64,000 nt of DNA from Trichoplax adhaerens (taxonomy: Eukaryota > Animalia > Placozoa). The stretch lies in the NCBI RefSeq assembly GCF_000150275.1, contig NW_002060944.1, positions 7,640,735 to 7,704,734 of the forward strand. The letters run 5' to 3'. Position 1 is the stretch's first letter. Each line of letters starts with the position of its first letter. This document shows positions 10,639-24,900 of the stretch, piece after piece. The notes beneath the pieces are model-generated. The model searched no databases. It worked only from the letters and a program-made list of their open reading frames with translations, and was not told the DNA's origin. A program made the position numbers and the translations under genes.

Positions 10639-13600
10639 ATGGTAAGTTTTACTTGGCTTGCATAACGGATACCCCCTTCTTCAGCGCCAACTTATTACAA
10701 CGCCTTTCAATCAAAGCCATGCCATCTTCCAATCCTCTTGCTCATCAACGCGCTATCTTGACGTTGATCTTCTCTTATTACCAGCATTTTGCATATATTA
10801 TTCCACTGTAGTAGACGATCTTCTACGACTTCATCTTGATGAAGACTGTCTTGATCGTACTAACCTACTTCAACATCTACAATGTCTCTTGTTTTCTACC
10901 CTTGATTTTTCACTAAAACGACTGGACTGTACGCGTATGAATGATGACACCTCCAATCAGCATTTTGGGGAATTTCACTTTCTTTCGTCATCATTATCTT
11001 ATCTAAGCTGTCAAAATTCAATGCTCACTTTTGTATCCTGTCGTATTTTAGCCTAAAAGTTTTGTAGGATCAATTTCTCACTAGAGTCAACATCAATCAT
11101 CAACTGGATTTTCAGTGGATGGAATACTTTTTTACTTCTTTAGCATTTAAATTTGTTATCATTCACTTTGATTAATTCATCAACACTACAGTATCAGTTT
11201 ATCAACTTGACCTACCATCAGTGATTCATTTGGCAAAGTACGCAATACCTCAAGATCAATGATGATTACCGTTCTCATTCTGTTGCTGTATTATATTATT
11301 TTTTTAATGTTGACAATGAGATAAAGTCTCGGTCATATACCTATGCAATTTCAACGAAATCTTACAGCAATCTCATTGTGTACTGTAGCAGGGACTAGTA
11401 GATGTCGATATCTCACATCAACCCAATTATACTTTGTTGAAAGACTCCTATAATCACATAATGTGACAATTGTATTGCCAATGGACTGGCATAGACTTAG
11501 CTATCATCTTATCACCCAAAGCAAATAGCAATTCCATCTACATATCTTGAGCTTACCTGTCCTATATTAATCCTAAACTGTAACGGCTGTATGAATAACT
11601 TTTCAAGATATTGAGACATCATAATGACAATATCATGCAACTCCTATCTATTGTTTCTTTTTTTTCTTCATGGCTCCCCTCTCTTCAGTATTTCTACTAC
11701 AGCTAATTATACCTTCATACTGCACGTATATCGTAATTACGTATGCTTTTGTCCTAATCTATTTCCTATCTTCGCATTCGTTTAGCCTAATATCAACTTT
11801 TACTTTTGAAAATAAATATTGTACTCTATCAGGAAATAAGCAATTGTATTTGATGATATTCTTTCATTAAATTGAATTAATCAAGCCTTTTCAACGTATT
11901 TGAACATCCAGTGGGTTGTTTTGTAAGTGAATCGTATTAATGCTGTTATTAATTATTATATGCTTATTTTTTATTACACCTTAGAGTAATAACACCACCG
12001 GAGAGTCCTTAAATATACTTCAGCGTCTACTATCGGAATTTTACAATGTTCAAACAACCAACAAACGTAAAAGAGAAATCGGTAATATGATTGAACCTAT
12101 TACTCTAGTTTATCCCCTTCATTTCAAATATTTTCTACCATAGACTTGTGTAGCACTTCTACATGCATACAACAACAGCCAGATAGGGTATTCAGTTGTA
12201 AAAATACCTTTAACAATTTAATACTGTACTTTGTACGATGCAATTTGGCGTAAAAATTGGCTAACAAAATTATCACAACACATTTGCTCAATCAATCATA
12301 ACAAAGCTTAAAACTGGTATGCAGCGTAATGTATAATGCTACAACAAACTAGTACTGTAGGTATACGACAGCATCGTTTACTTCATGCTAGAATAATAAT
12401 ACAGTATCTGTAATGTAAAAATAATTACTCTTTCACTCTTTGCTATACGATTATGCACGCTATTATTATGGTATACAAACTTCTGAGCCACCTTACAAAA
12501 ATTATTTTTTACACATGTATCAAAGCTTCAACGCATATCAATAATGGTCCGTACAATCGTTGCACTTAAATCTTATGATCACTTTCATACCTTTTCAAAG
12601 TTGGAAAATAAATGGCTACGGGCATTTCAACCAATTTCAATTTTTTGGATATTATAGCATTATACATACTGTACAATATAGTCAAACGACATCGCTGTAC
12701 TGCAATTTCAATCAATCTTACTAACCATTACAATACCATTCTAAAAGAATACCTCTCGCAATTATCGTCATAAAGGTGTACTATTTTAACTTAATAAGGC
12801 ATATGTAATCTCTTATAGAACAATTGTTGGCGAATTTTAGCCAGCAGAAAGACGCATGGAGGCACTGCATTTGTTTTTTGAACGATTCTCAAGAACAGGG
12901 TGTTCTCATGTTTGCAACCAGAGTCTTAGAGGTTAGATTATATTTGTACCTTATTAATTAACTTTTACTTACATATTCTAACTACATATGTACAGTAGTA
13001 CAGTACTACAGAATATACAGTAATGCCTACTGTACGTAAGAAGTCAATGTTGCTGCTTGCGATAAAGCATACAATAGTAACATAGCCTTTTGTCACTTGA
13101 ACTGTTTAAAAATATATTCAATGAATAAACAGTTATAATAATAATTTTTAGGACATCGTTAACAAAAAATGGATTGGTGTGGATGCCAACGAAAAAAGAG
13201 AATTCCGTTCTACGTTACCTCGGTTACTTCTAGCAAAACGAACCGATTTTCCTATTTTTGTGCGTAATAAATTGGTTAAAGTGATAGTAGATATAGCTAG
13301 ATTGGATTGGCCACACTTTTATCCAAATTTCTTTAATGATATGCAAGAAGTAAGCGTTAAAAAATCATTTTTTTCCTCTGATGCAATAAATTATGCTGCT
13401 AACTGCTTTGTACAGTATATTGTGTATATCATGCAATACGCTATGTTATTGCAACATGCACAATATACTTGCCTACAATTTCAACCGTAATTGGCCATGC
13501 CCAAATACAGTAGTAGCTAATTTTGCTCTTGTTTTGTTCTATCAAGATAATTAGTGAACCTAGCACCACTAGCCTTGGCTTGTACATGTTATTGACAACC

Positions 13601-16600
13601 TCAGAGGAATTAATTCAACCTCGTGAAAACGTTATATATAGTCGAAAACTTGAATTAAAGAGACTGCTCTTGAATGAGGTGCCCAAGATCCTATCTATGC
13701 TATCAACTTTACTAGATTCATTATTGGATAAATATCAAGTTGCAAGACATATTACACCATCTACTTCTCCAACGTCATTACGACATAATGAAACTGGAGC
13801 GGTTGGTCTAGACCTGTTTTCGGTATCGCCATCATCATATGATCAAAACGATAACTCAACCACTGAAAACGACAATATTGTACAAAAATTACTTCGATAT
13901 ATGCCTTCTCGTCAAGCTAAATCTAGCATTCAAGCATGGAATGTAGAATCAAAAGAAATTGCCGCTTTGGCCTTACAATGTCTAGCTGATTTCTTTTCAT
14001 GGATTCCTTTGTCATCACTCATGACAACATCATTACTGACCACCATTTTTGGCTATGCCAGCTTCGGCTGTCAAACTGGTGATGGCCATCAGTTGGGAAC
14101 GTTAGCAATGGACTGTATAAATGAAATAGTTTCCAAGAATTGTGTTCCGGAAGAGTTCGAGGAATTCTTATTAAAATTATTTCAAGAAACATATCAATTG
14201 TTGCAAGATTTGGTCATTGGTCAAAATATCAATTTCGCTGATCTAGATGAAAAGTACTGTATACGCTTTTGTAATTATCGTAATTTAGGGCATACTATGT
14301 AAATGGCTATTCCTATTATTATGTTATATGTGTTACTACATACTACTACCAGATGTACATATATATATATGCGTACAGTATACATGTACAGAGTGTACAA
14401 GTATATCCGCACATATTGAAGTTCATGGTATATTGCACATAGATAACAACAATATTTTTTTTTTTGTGATTCTATAGGTATTTAGATAAATTTACAGAAT
14501 TTCTACGGCTATTTGTTAATGTTCACTTACAAAGATTTACAAACAGTCCATATTTTCCGCTATCAAGATTCTTCGAGCTTCTGTTTAAGTATACTTTCTT
14601 ACAGGTAATTAAAAAAAATAGAACTATGATTTTATAATACTTGATAGATAATATATCTCAACTGCCTGTATTTTATTCCCTAGCATCATTTAGATGGCTA
14701 TTATGCTTGCTTAGAAATATGGGAATTCTTTATTGAACACTTAAAAATGCAAATTAAGGCTGAGAGTAATAATCATGCAAAAGCAGAAAATATTATAAAG
14801 TAAAAACTAAAACTGAATTAGCACAGAAAAAAAGTTAACTCTCATCTCCCATATAATCTATACTAATGAACGGAATTTATTTCTATTTTAAATCAGCAAA
14901 TATCGGAGTATTCTTACCGTATTAGCTAGTAGTATTATCAAAAAGATTCAGTCCAGCAAAAATTATAATCAAATTGAGGCTCTTAGTAACGATGTAATGG
15001 ACGAAGAAGTTAGTATGCTTCAAGTTTCTTATCATATTAAGGGCCTTTTAAAACAGAAGAAATAACCCTGGAAATTTATCTTAAATTATTTTAGGACGAA
15101 ACAGATTTACAAGTATTTCTGAAAAATAACATTGAGATTATTGCCTCTATTTCTGAAATTCAACCGGAATCAATTCTTCAAACATTAGTATGTATTATTC
15201 ATTACTATGTAATAATAAAACAGTTATGATAGTACTCTGGTCGTTGTGTATATAAACTATTAACTGTAGTGATTGAATTTATTAGTTTGATATACTGAAA
15301 TCGCGATTCAGCATTTTTTCAAGTATCGAGCAATACTTAGTACAAAATGTTCAAGGTATGCGCTATAATGAAACTCACTTCACATAATCAACAATATACA
15401 ATGAATGTACTATAACTAACGAAAGTAATACATTCTAAATTTTTAAGGTCGATGTATAGAATTTCCTGATAATCAAGACGGTAACTATATAAAGCTGCAA
15501 TTTCACTGTGCTTTGAGAGATCTATCTACTTGCATACAAGCATTAGGCAGGATGTCTGAGCATTTTGTCGACGCTTTATTTATGGAAAGATTTCAAAACT
15601 GCAATACATTATTAGATGGGTAAATGCCACAGTTGATAGGACTGTAAAATTTCGAATCTTAAAACAGTATTACACTAATTAAAATAACACAGATCATATT
15701 AACATCGTTTTTTAGACTAACCCACGTCTGCTTTTTCGCCACGAAGCTACAACTATATAATATTAATTGTGAATCATCATTATTATCAACTATCATGGAA
15801 GTGTAAGTATCATTATTTGAAATAGAAAATTTTTAATCAGTATATCATCATTGCTTTCCTTTATTATATTGAAATTGTAGTCATATTCAATCTATGGCTG
15901 CAATTCAAGCCTTTAGCCCATGGTTGTGCCAATTTCACGCCCATAGTCAAGGACACATTGATCGCCAAAAAATGTTCTATTCGCTATTAAATCAAATTGT
16001 GGATGCTGTTATTCCTCTCTTGCAAAAATCCGCAAAAACGCCAGAAAAATTAGCGTATTGTGCCGCTTGTTTACTGTTAACCTTAGCAACAAGTATTAGA
16101 ACATCTATGTTACTAGATATTCGATCAATTCAAGATATGACCAACATGAATTCCGGAATTACAACCTTTGATTACCTTCCTCAAAAGGTATTATTGCAAA
16201 AAGTGAGGCGTATCAAGATAACATTTTATGATTAATACAGATATCCTTTTTAACAGGTTCAAGTCGTTATATTTAAGATGCTCTCAAATACTATAATTCT
16301 ACCCTGGAATGGTGTCAAAGATAGTGACCAGGTCTAAATATGCATATATATATAAGATTGTAATTAACTGCTGATCGATTCTGTCTCTAGAGATTCTAAT
16401 TTATCTATAAATTATCATTTTCACTCAGCGTTGGGAAGAACGCTCAGAGAAACATAGCAGTTTCGTAAGAAGCACAACATTGAGTCTTACTAACACCTTA
16501 CAGAATCAATCGATTCAACAAGACAGTAATCTAATAAGTCAAGGTAAGAGTGGATATTCGATTGCCTATCGATGTCGCTACGAAAGGCTTTTAAATTCTT

Positions 16601-18444
16601 TTACGCAAACAAGGGGTATCTCCTGTAACTAATTACATTCACATGAATTTTTTCCCAATAGCAGTACCAATGATCAAGAGTACGTTGATGGTGCTCTGTA
16701 GTATCACTGAGAGTGTCACGAATGAAAACATGAAATCGAAAACGATTACCTACAAATCAATAGAAAGCTCTATCCATAACATAATATCATCACTTTCTTT
16801 ATTTACACCATTTCCAGGTAGAACTGTAGTTCCTTTAGCCACAATGAAAAAGTCTCGCTTAGAAATTGAATGCCTTACGCGCTTGTATGATATTGATGCT
16901 ATCGTATAATATTAATATTATATTATGCAGATCTTATCAACGAAGTTATGGACCTTATCTATAGTCTTTTCAATGGGTTATTAAGTCAGTGTGGAATGGC
17001 TTTCGCTAAACAAATTTTAGAAACGTTCATGCACTTATTCTCGAAGTAAACCACATCATTTAAATATAAAATTAAACTTTATGTCAATTTTAAAGACTCT
17101 ACCTTGTAATTTTGCAGGCAACAATTATTTGATATCCTCAGTAAAGATGGAGGCAGGGAGCACTCATTCGTTGAAAAGTAAATTCAATTTTATGTAATAC
17201 GTATATGTGTCATATGGACAAATTTGTGAAAGATACTCTTAAAAATTTAGTTATGCGAATTCTAATCGAATTCTTGACTTAAAAAATACGAAAAGCTAAT
17301 CGTACCCTCAATTATGTATCTATGATAGGTTCATAAAAATTATCCAACTATTAGTCGTAAAGCCGGGCTCTGCCGTCAAGGAATTACTACCTAATATATT
17401 ATCCTTTTGTATGGATCAAGTATATCCATTAGCTAAAGAGGTATTAAAAGCATAGTTTAACCTCAGCAGCACATTCATGGTCTACTAACCAATTATTCTA
17501 TTTCAAAAGTTTCACCTTTTAGAGGTAAAATATGCCTTGATGGAGGTGTTATATCAATACCTGTCAAACAATTGGAGGTAGTAATATTCCGCTGTATGAC
17601 ACAATTAAATCACAGTACTACGAGTATTAATATCACATTTACTATTTATAACAATTGTTAATACCTCTTGATCAACTTTTTCTGTAGATATTTTTTCCCG
17701 TCAAACATGGATCAAAGAGAAGGCGATACTGTTAACAACCCTCAGCACTTTATGGCAATCATGCAGGTTAGGCTAAGAGTCGTTATTCACAGTGGCACGA
17801 ACGCTTTGTCGATCCTAAATCTAACAAATAATTACAATCATACGCGTCATTAGGTATTGGGTGAAGCATTTTTACAACCTGACATATCACTGTTTAAGCA
17901 AAGTTTAGAAATTTTGGATAATCTGAATAAGAAATGTAAATTATACGAAAAGGTAGTTCACAAAACTGCTATACACTTAGTGTCAAAGAAATTGTTTTTT
18001 TGGCATTTATACTATTTTTCTTAATATTTCTTTCAGCCTATTTTTCAGCAAGACCTATTATTTGAATTTATGAATGTACTATTTCATGCGCTGGTTGATA
18101 GAAGTCACGAATTATTACAGGAGGAAATGACATGTACTATTTATGCTATGGCATCAATAAGCTTTAGCACCTTTTATTCTGTTTACGTACCACAGATGAT
18201 ATCAAAATGTGAAATGTTAACTTCACATCAAAGAGAAAGATTACAAGAGAATCTTGGCAATAATACGGTAACGAAATTCTGATTTAATACTTATAGAGAA
18301 ATTGTCTTAACGATCCTATGAAATCTTTTCTAATTCTAGGATCTTCCGACTTTCGTTCAAAGTTTAACAATGATCGTTAGTGATTTAAGATACTATCAAC
18401 TATGTAATAATTCTCTACCGCCTGGTGTAATCTCCTTTGACTAA
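10639..18444 (+). CDS. XPO6: Exportin-6 (profilin-actin nuclear export receptor); multi-exon: 10639-10641 (ATG only), 11985-12081, 12819-12931, 13152-13349, 13547-14253, further short exons, last exon 18340-18444
   Basis: Spliced translation M-SNNTTGESLNILQRLLSEFYNVQTTNKRKREIEQLLANFSQQKDAWRHC...FVRNKLVKVIVDIARLDWPHFYPNFF...LGLYMLLTTSEELIQPRE...DLPTFVQSLTMIVSDLRYYQLCNNSLPPG matches recalled human XPO6 (TTNERKREIEELLNNFAQQIGAW; FIRNKLCKVIVDIGRQDWPMFY; DLRYYRLCNDSLPPG). Introns checked are canonical GT-AG. Confidence 0.95.
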
Positions 18445-18937
18445 TTCATAGATTCTTAACAAAAACTATTTTATTGAGGTTAAAGAGTTTTAAGATTTTT
18501 ATCATTATCATGAAAAGGGTATCAAAGCACTCGTATAACAACTAAATTCTATCATCCAACAGATTAAACAACGAAATTACGAACAGACATCAAATAATAG
18601 TGCCGTTCGTTTATATTAATCTAATATCAAGTACATACCGCATTATGTATAAATATTTATTGTAATCTGAGTTTATAGTTGATTTAGATAGTTAATGTTT
18701 CTCGACAGTCTATCCTTTGTAAAGTAAATTTGTGGTATGCAATTAACCATCACCATAACTGGTGATTGAGAAGTTAAAAACTGGATTAACATTTAAATTA
18801 TAACGTAACTGTGAGTATGCCATTTGCGTTAAGGTGATGTAGTAATTTTTAGTCAATAAATTTTTTTCTTTTCAAACATAATGCATTCGATAGCTTTCAA
18901 ATCTGAACCCCAGTTTGATTTTGAAAAACCAACTTTG

Positions 18938-21900
18938 TTATGTAGCAGCCAAGTTATCGAGGCAATCTCGAAGCGAATTTGCTGTTTCAAGTTCTTCTAA
19001 ATGATTACTTAATATTAAATTATGACGCGGTAGAAAAATTCCATCGATTATACTATTGCAGAATAATTTTATGTCAAAGATTGTAAACAATGTTTCACAA
19101 AACGACACAGATAATTATTAAAAGCCTTTAATAAAAATTTTTAATTAGGATACAGATCATTTAAATTGTTTAGTTCGCAACCTTTACGGCGGTTATCAAG
19201 CCAAGAAATATAACGATCCAGTGATAGCTTCAGTGAAACCTGTTGACATTCGCTATGGCGAATGACGCCGATATCTATTGCCTATTACCAACATAAATCA
19301 TAGTTCTTATACACGTTTCTTTAAATTATTTCATAATAGAAGTAGACTACTTCTAAAGTACCTTCATTAAGCAGCGAAAGCATAGCCCTAGCGCTTCGAA
19401 GCTGATTTCAGATTCCGTATACGGTGATAAGCAATTGTTAATTAAAAGGCCCAAGTAGCTCATAATGATTTCATCACCTAATAAGTTGTACATCAATAGC
19501 TAGTAGAAAATTGAATTAGTTATCTTAGGCTTTCATTAGATAAAAATTATACGAATAGGACGATATAACTTGAATCGGCCTACCTGATAAATTAGATAAA
19601 GCAGGCTATTAGAAATTTTACTTTGTAGCATACTTAAACACACTTTATGCAGCATCTTATCCCATAAATTCTTTCCAAATCCTAAGATTCGTTCCACATA
19701 AGTTAAAGGTTAATCCTATTTACCAGTATTCACATCACGAATTATTTACAGAGTAAGTTACCTAATTCTAGCATTTGTGATCTGTGTTGCTTTAAAATCT
19801 CAGATAAACATACCACAGACGCCAACCTTACATTTTCTCTACCCTATCAAATAATCAGATAATGGATAGCTTTGAGCATAAAATCTACCGTAATTGATTA
19901 ATTTCATCGATATTCTGACCACAAATGATTAATTATTATAAAATTATGAGAAATACATATGCGTAGCATATAGGCATTTAGGTACATATTACCATATTAC
20001 CTGTAAGACCGCATTTTGAAGATAGAATAAAAGATTTTTAACGTAGTCAAAGGTATCATTCTGACACAAGATACGGCCATTATGTTCTGCTCGTACGAAC
20101 TTCGGTAGAATAAACTTTCGGCGTAACATTGCGATATTAATGTAGATACCTGCCACTATTAATTAATTAATATTGAAAAGTCTTACATAATCTGTTAAAT
20201 CAACCTATAGTATGGCATAACGTTCCTGAACAAGTATAGCTTACGTTGCAATAGTGGTCGGTATTGCAAGACGATTACTGGTAAAGTTTCATTGACATTT
20301 ATTACAATCGATACTTTCATCTATTCGCATAAAAATATCATTTCCAATTACTAAAGTTACTCTAATATATCGTGACATAACTTTCTGATAATTGATTAAC
20401 TAGAATAACAACGATTAGCAGATAGCTTCGTACATCATTCGAGAAGTTATCGCAATTTTCCATATAAATTAGGGTAGAAAGCAAGATCCAGCTTGTTGCA
20501 GTAAGGCGATCCGACTTTACAAAGCAAAAATGTAGGCTATTATACACAATTAACTTATTTAAACGTCATAACTTGAACATCTTCACCTTCAGCACATCTT
20601 CACGAAGTAACAAAGCGTTCTCAAGCTTGGATAAAAATCGTGAGTTTCTAATCACTGTTAATAACGCTACACCACAAAAGCAAAGATAATGAATTGATAC
20701 AATGATTGGATCAAGAAATACATATGAACGGATTATGATTACTTATATTTATAATTACCTCCGTCGTTGTTATTCTGCTGGATTACGCAAATTATTGCAG
20801 ATAGGCAATTAAGTAAATGCATCATAGTTAATTCACTAAAGTTCTTGCTTTAGCACGCAATAGAAATTAGGAGAAATACAATATTTAATATCGTATGGTA
20901 TCGAAGAAACGAGATTTACAGGAATTTGTTTACCTCATTAGCAGCTTTGAAACTTTTTTACATTTGGATAGAATTCATTCATTCCAGCATTCAGTTGATG
21001 AAGATGTTTTAATTCAGTATTAGTTTAAGGAAAAATTATGGAACTATGAGAATAATTATACGAGTACCGCCGCTAAACACGTAGCTTTCCTCAGTAAACA
21101 ACAAATACGTTGTAGTATAGTATTTTACTACTCTCATGATAACTACAACTTTGATACATTCAAAATTATAAAAAGGATATATGTGGTATTTACATAAAAA
21201 AGACTACAGAAACTTATTATTAGATCGATTTCATATAGGTATTGCTAAATTTGTTATAAGTTATCATCTAACGCTGAACCTTGATGCATTATCGTTATGT
21301 GTATATCCTCAATTTTCGATAAAATAGAACTTGCATAAACTTCCGCTATGATTCGCAGTATTTTTTGAAGGCTCTTCTCTATAGGAAAAACACGCGATTT
21401 TCAGGTTATAACTTTTTTTTGACAGTTAATGCACGAAATCAGCTTTTGTAAAAAATTAAAATAATTATGGAAATGATTTAATGACCGTTAGTTCTTGTAA
21501 TGTCTCCCCTTAAAAAGAACTTGTTTATGCCATAGAGAACATACAAGCGAAAACTTTCGATACCATCCACTTGTGAAGAATGAAGTTCATATAGATACTA
21601 AAAAAATTTGAATCCCCTCAAGAAAAAATCATTGCATTGATAGGCCTCATATTTGTGCCCCTTTATAGTTAATGAAACATTTACGGTGATAACACAAAAT
21701 TTATCGATTTTTATATTCTAGGTTAATCAAAAATTTATAAATCCTCATACCATATGAAGTAATCTTGCAGCTTTCATGGTTAAATGAGGCTCTTCTTCGA
21801 ATAATAGATGCTATTGTTATATGCATAAAAAATTAGAGTAATCGTAACTCTCCAAAAACCCATTTTTAAATTTTATATAGCTATGTTCTTAACCAGTAGA

Positions 21901-24900
21901 ATGTCGATAAGCTTTTCCTGAATAGTTTGGGCAACATCTTGTAGTAGTTCATCACAAGTTGAAGTTTCATTTATTAATAGCCATTGCTTCAACTATAAAA
22001 GTAATTAAAAAATAACTTCGAATATTTTATAATTCCTTTCACAGCTAAATATTAGTGGATTACATTTTATTAAGAAATTATTATAAATCTGCTATACTAA
22101 TACTGTAATTAAATATATTTCAGGAATACAAAAATACTATCAACGCACCATTTCCCGTTGAAAATGTTGTACTGATAAAGATGAGAGTGTCAAACACCAT
22201 CTAATGAATATGATATCGTTAGTAAACAACTCTTTTGCTTCTTGTTGTCTTTCGATCAAAGTAATGAACCAGTGCTCGTCTGAAAATTTTGTGAAAGCTG
22301 TTATAAATGAATTTAATTATAACATATTATTTGTTGCTCACCAGGTATAGAATCATGATCTATAACATCTGGTTCAGCCGGTGATGGCATATTTTGTGTA
22401 CTTCTTGCTAGTTTTAGTTCATTCTAATCCATGCATATAATACCATACTTTGTTAGTCAGTCTACTATTCCCATTGAACCTTTAGATAGCTTACATTATT
22501 TATCTATTTATCTTTTACAATTTGCAATTTTAAGATTAAAGACCTGATTTATAGTATAAATTAACAGTATATGCTTTATAGTAACGTTATCGGTCAAAAG
22601 CTGGTTAAAGTTGCTCTTGATGAAGTTATTAAGATTCTTTTGCACTATCGGCCCATTAGATTCTCTATAAATGAAGTTTTAAAATGGAAAGAATAACCGA
22701 CGCTACTGAATTAAGGATTAGTACATAACATCATCGTCATACAAAACGCGAGTGTAATACCTTTGACCGTACAGATAGGAGAAGTACATAAGCATTAGAT
22801 ATGCTTTTTGAACGCTAATTAAGGATGTTTCATATATTCCGTTGCTATCGGATACTTCGTAATTATTGCATACCAGGATAGAATGTATTTCACTATATGA
22901 AACTGAATTTACAGAACTCCAAATTGATAACAGTCATTTCGTTAACAAAATTTATATCATTCTTGAATGCTGGATAATATTAATAAACCTGTGATATATC
23001 TTATAGAATTTAATATCAATTTCATTCTTTCATTTTCATCATATTTTGAGTCATTCAGATAGCCACATAATACTGCTAAAAAATCATGTATCATATCTGC
23101 AAGGTCTTGATTTCTGAAGTATTATGGTGCAGTATTATGAATAATGTCCTCAAGTTAATAAATTATTGCAACATTAAATTATAAAATGATATGACAACTG
23201 ATTAACTAATTTCGAAATTAGACTCTAACCTGTTGCTTTTACAGAACGCAACTTTTACATCGAGACATAATCTTATTATAGATAGAGAGATCTCTAAAGC
23301 GAAAAAATAGAAATACCTGCGTAAGTATTGTTAAAGTGATAATCAAGTAGAAATTCAGTCGACTTTGCGGTAACCGCTATCAGAATAAGCATTATTATAA
23401 ATTTTACGTCTATGCAATTAAATTGTAAGCTTCGTGTAGTACTTCAAACTTTTTTACACCATATTCCCGTGGCCTAGATCATACCTAATTTAAGACAAAG
23501 ATTTTTAGGGTTGTCGCCATAACGAATGTTGCACCTTAAAATCCTAAATATTAGTTTGTAGACTTGTATTGAATTGATTGAGGATATTCCGTCCTTTGTA
23601 GAAAACTAGCAAAAAGACAGGCCTTTGAGGGTAATTCTGTCGACTAGATCATTCATTTTTAGCAGATAATTACTACACAATATGATTAAAAATTACCTGA
23701 ATATAAGGAATGATCAACTCGTCAACGATTTTTACTAGCTGCGACATAAAGGCCGTACTTTGTATCGCATAACATCTATCATCATTACAGTTTATTGCAA
23801 ATTTACTGATGGATGGCATATCAGTAAATGATGATATTACTCTAATTTTTAAAAAGGACAAGTTGTTTGAATTTCAAATTTGTTTTAAATAATCATATCA
23901 TAAATAATTAATCATTTCGAAATCGTAAAATCAATTATTAATACAAACTCAAATGATTGCAAAACCACTTTCATAAAGAACTCCATAACGTTGCTCATCG
24001 CATTAAGACCGCTAGGATCGTCAGCCGGAGAATTCTGCCTTAAAATATTACCAACCCTATTCACTAATAGCTTTATCGGTAACTCCAAGGATTCTAACAT
24101 ATCTTCATATATGATATAATCTCTCCTAGATTAATGAGAACATTCTCTTCAAATCTATTCATTCTTTAGTCGGGTCAATTTTATTCGTTCATTAGGAACT
24201 TTTCAAGAAAGCGAAAGATTTAATCGTGCCCTTTTTCACCTCATGAATACAGCCAAAATTTTGATAGTACTAAGTAAAATCTGGAATTCCATAGTAACAC
24301 CCATACAAAATATTTCCGTACACATATTAAAGACCTGATCATTGGATACAAGTGTGGTATTTTCTTCTTGACTGAAATTAAAAAGCGCATGATGCGCATA
24401 AAATTGGATAAATATGCTTAAGCAGGAGATGTTATATTATAATGTCTGAATATTTGAATATCCAAAGAAAAATATACCTTTGCAAGATTTCAGCCAAGAG
24501 GTTTAATCTAAATAGGAAATCATAACTCAATGCATATTTAAGTAGAAAAAAGGCCGGTTAGCGAAGCGAATGCTAATAGCTTACTCACTCGACTATTGCA
24601 ATTTTCTGATCCTGTACTCTTAGTCGCGCCAATGTGTCCTTAACAATAAGGCTAAAACCTAGGTTATTGTATAATTTTCTGCTAATTAATCACGTATAGC
24701 TTAAAGATCTTTTCAAGATCCAGTATAATCAAAGGCTTACCGTACATCATGTACGAAGTATTCTGTAGACGACTACATTTAAGCATTTTCAATATGCAAT
24801 TAGATATCTCCCTGAAAATTAAACGGTAATTCCCATTCATAGGTCAATGAAAAAAGCCAGGTTTATGAACATAAGGAATCTATGCTATGTCGCGATACTT

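Noticed and set aside
10658-11056. 132-aa ORF downstream of the XPO6 ATG
   Set aside because: It lies inside XPO6 intron 1, has a non-ATG start and shows no recognisable domain.
21171-21180. Minus-strand ATATCCTTTT resembling a U12 AT-AC donor in MEI1
   Set aside because: The flanking exons join in frame through an ordinary GT-AG intron that contains this word.
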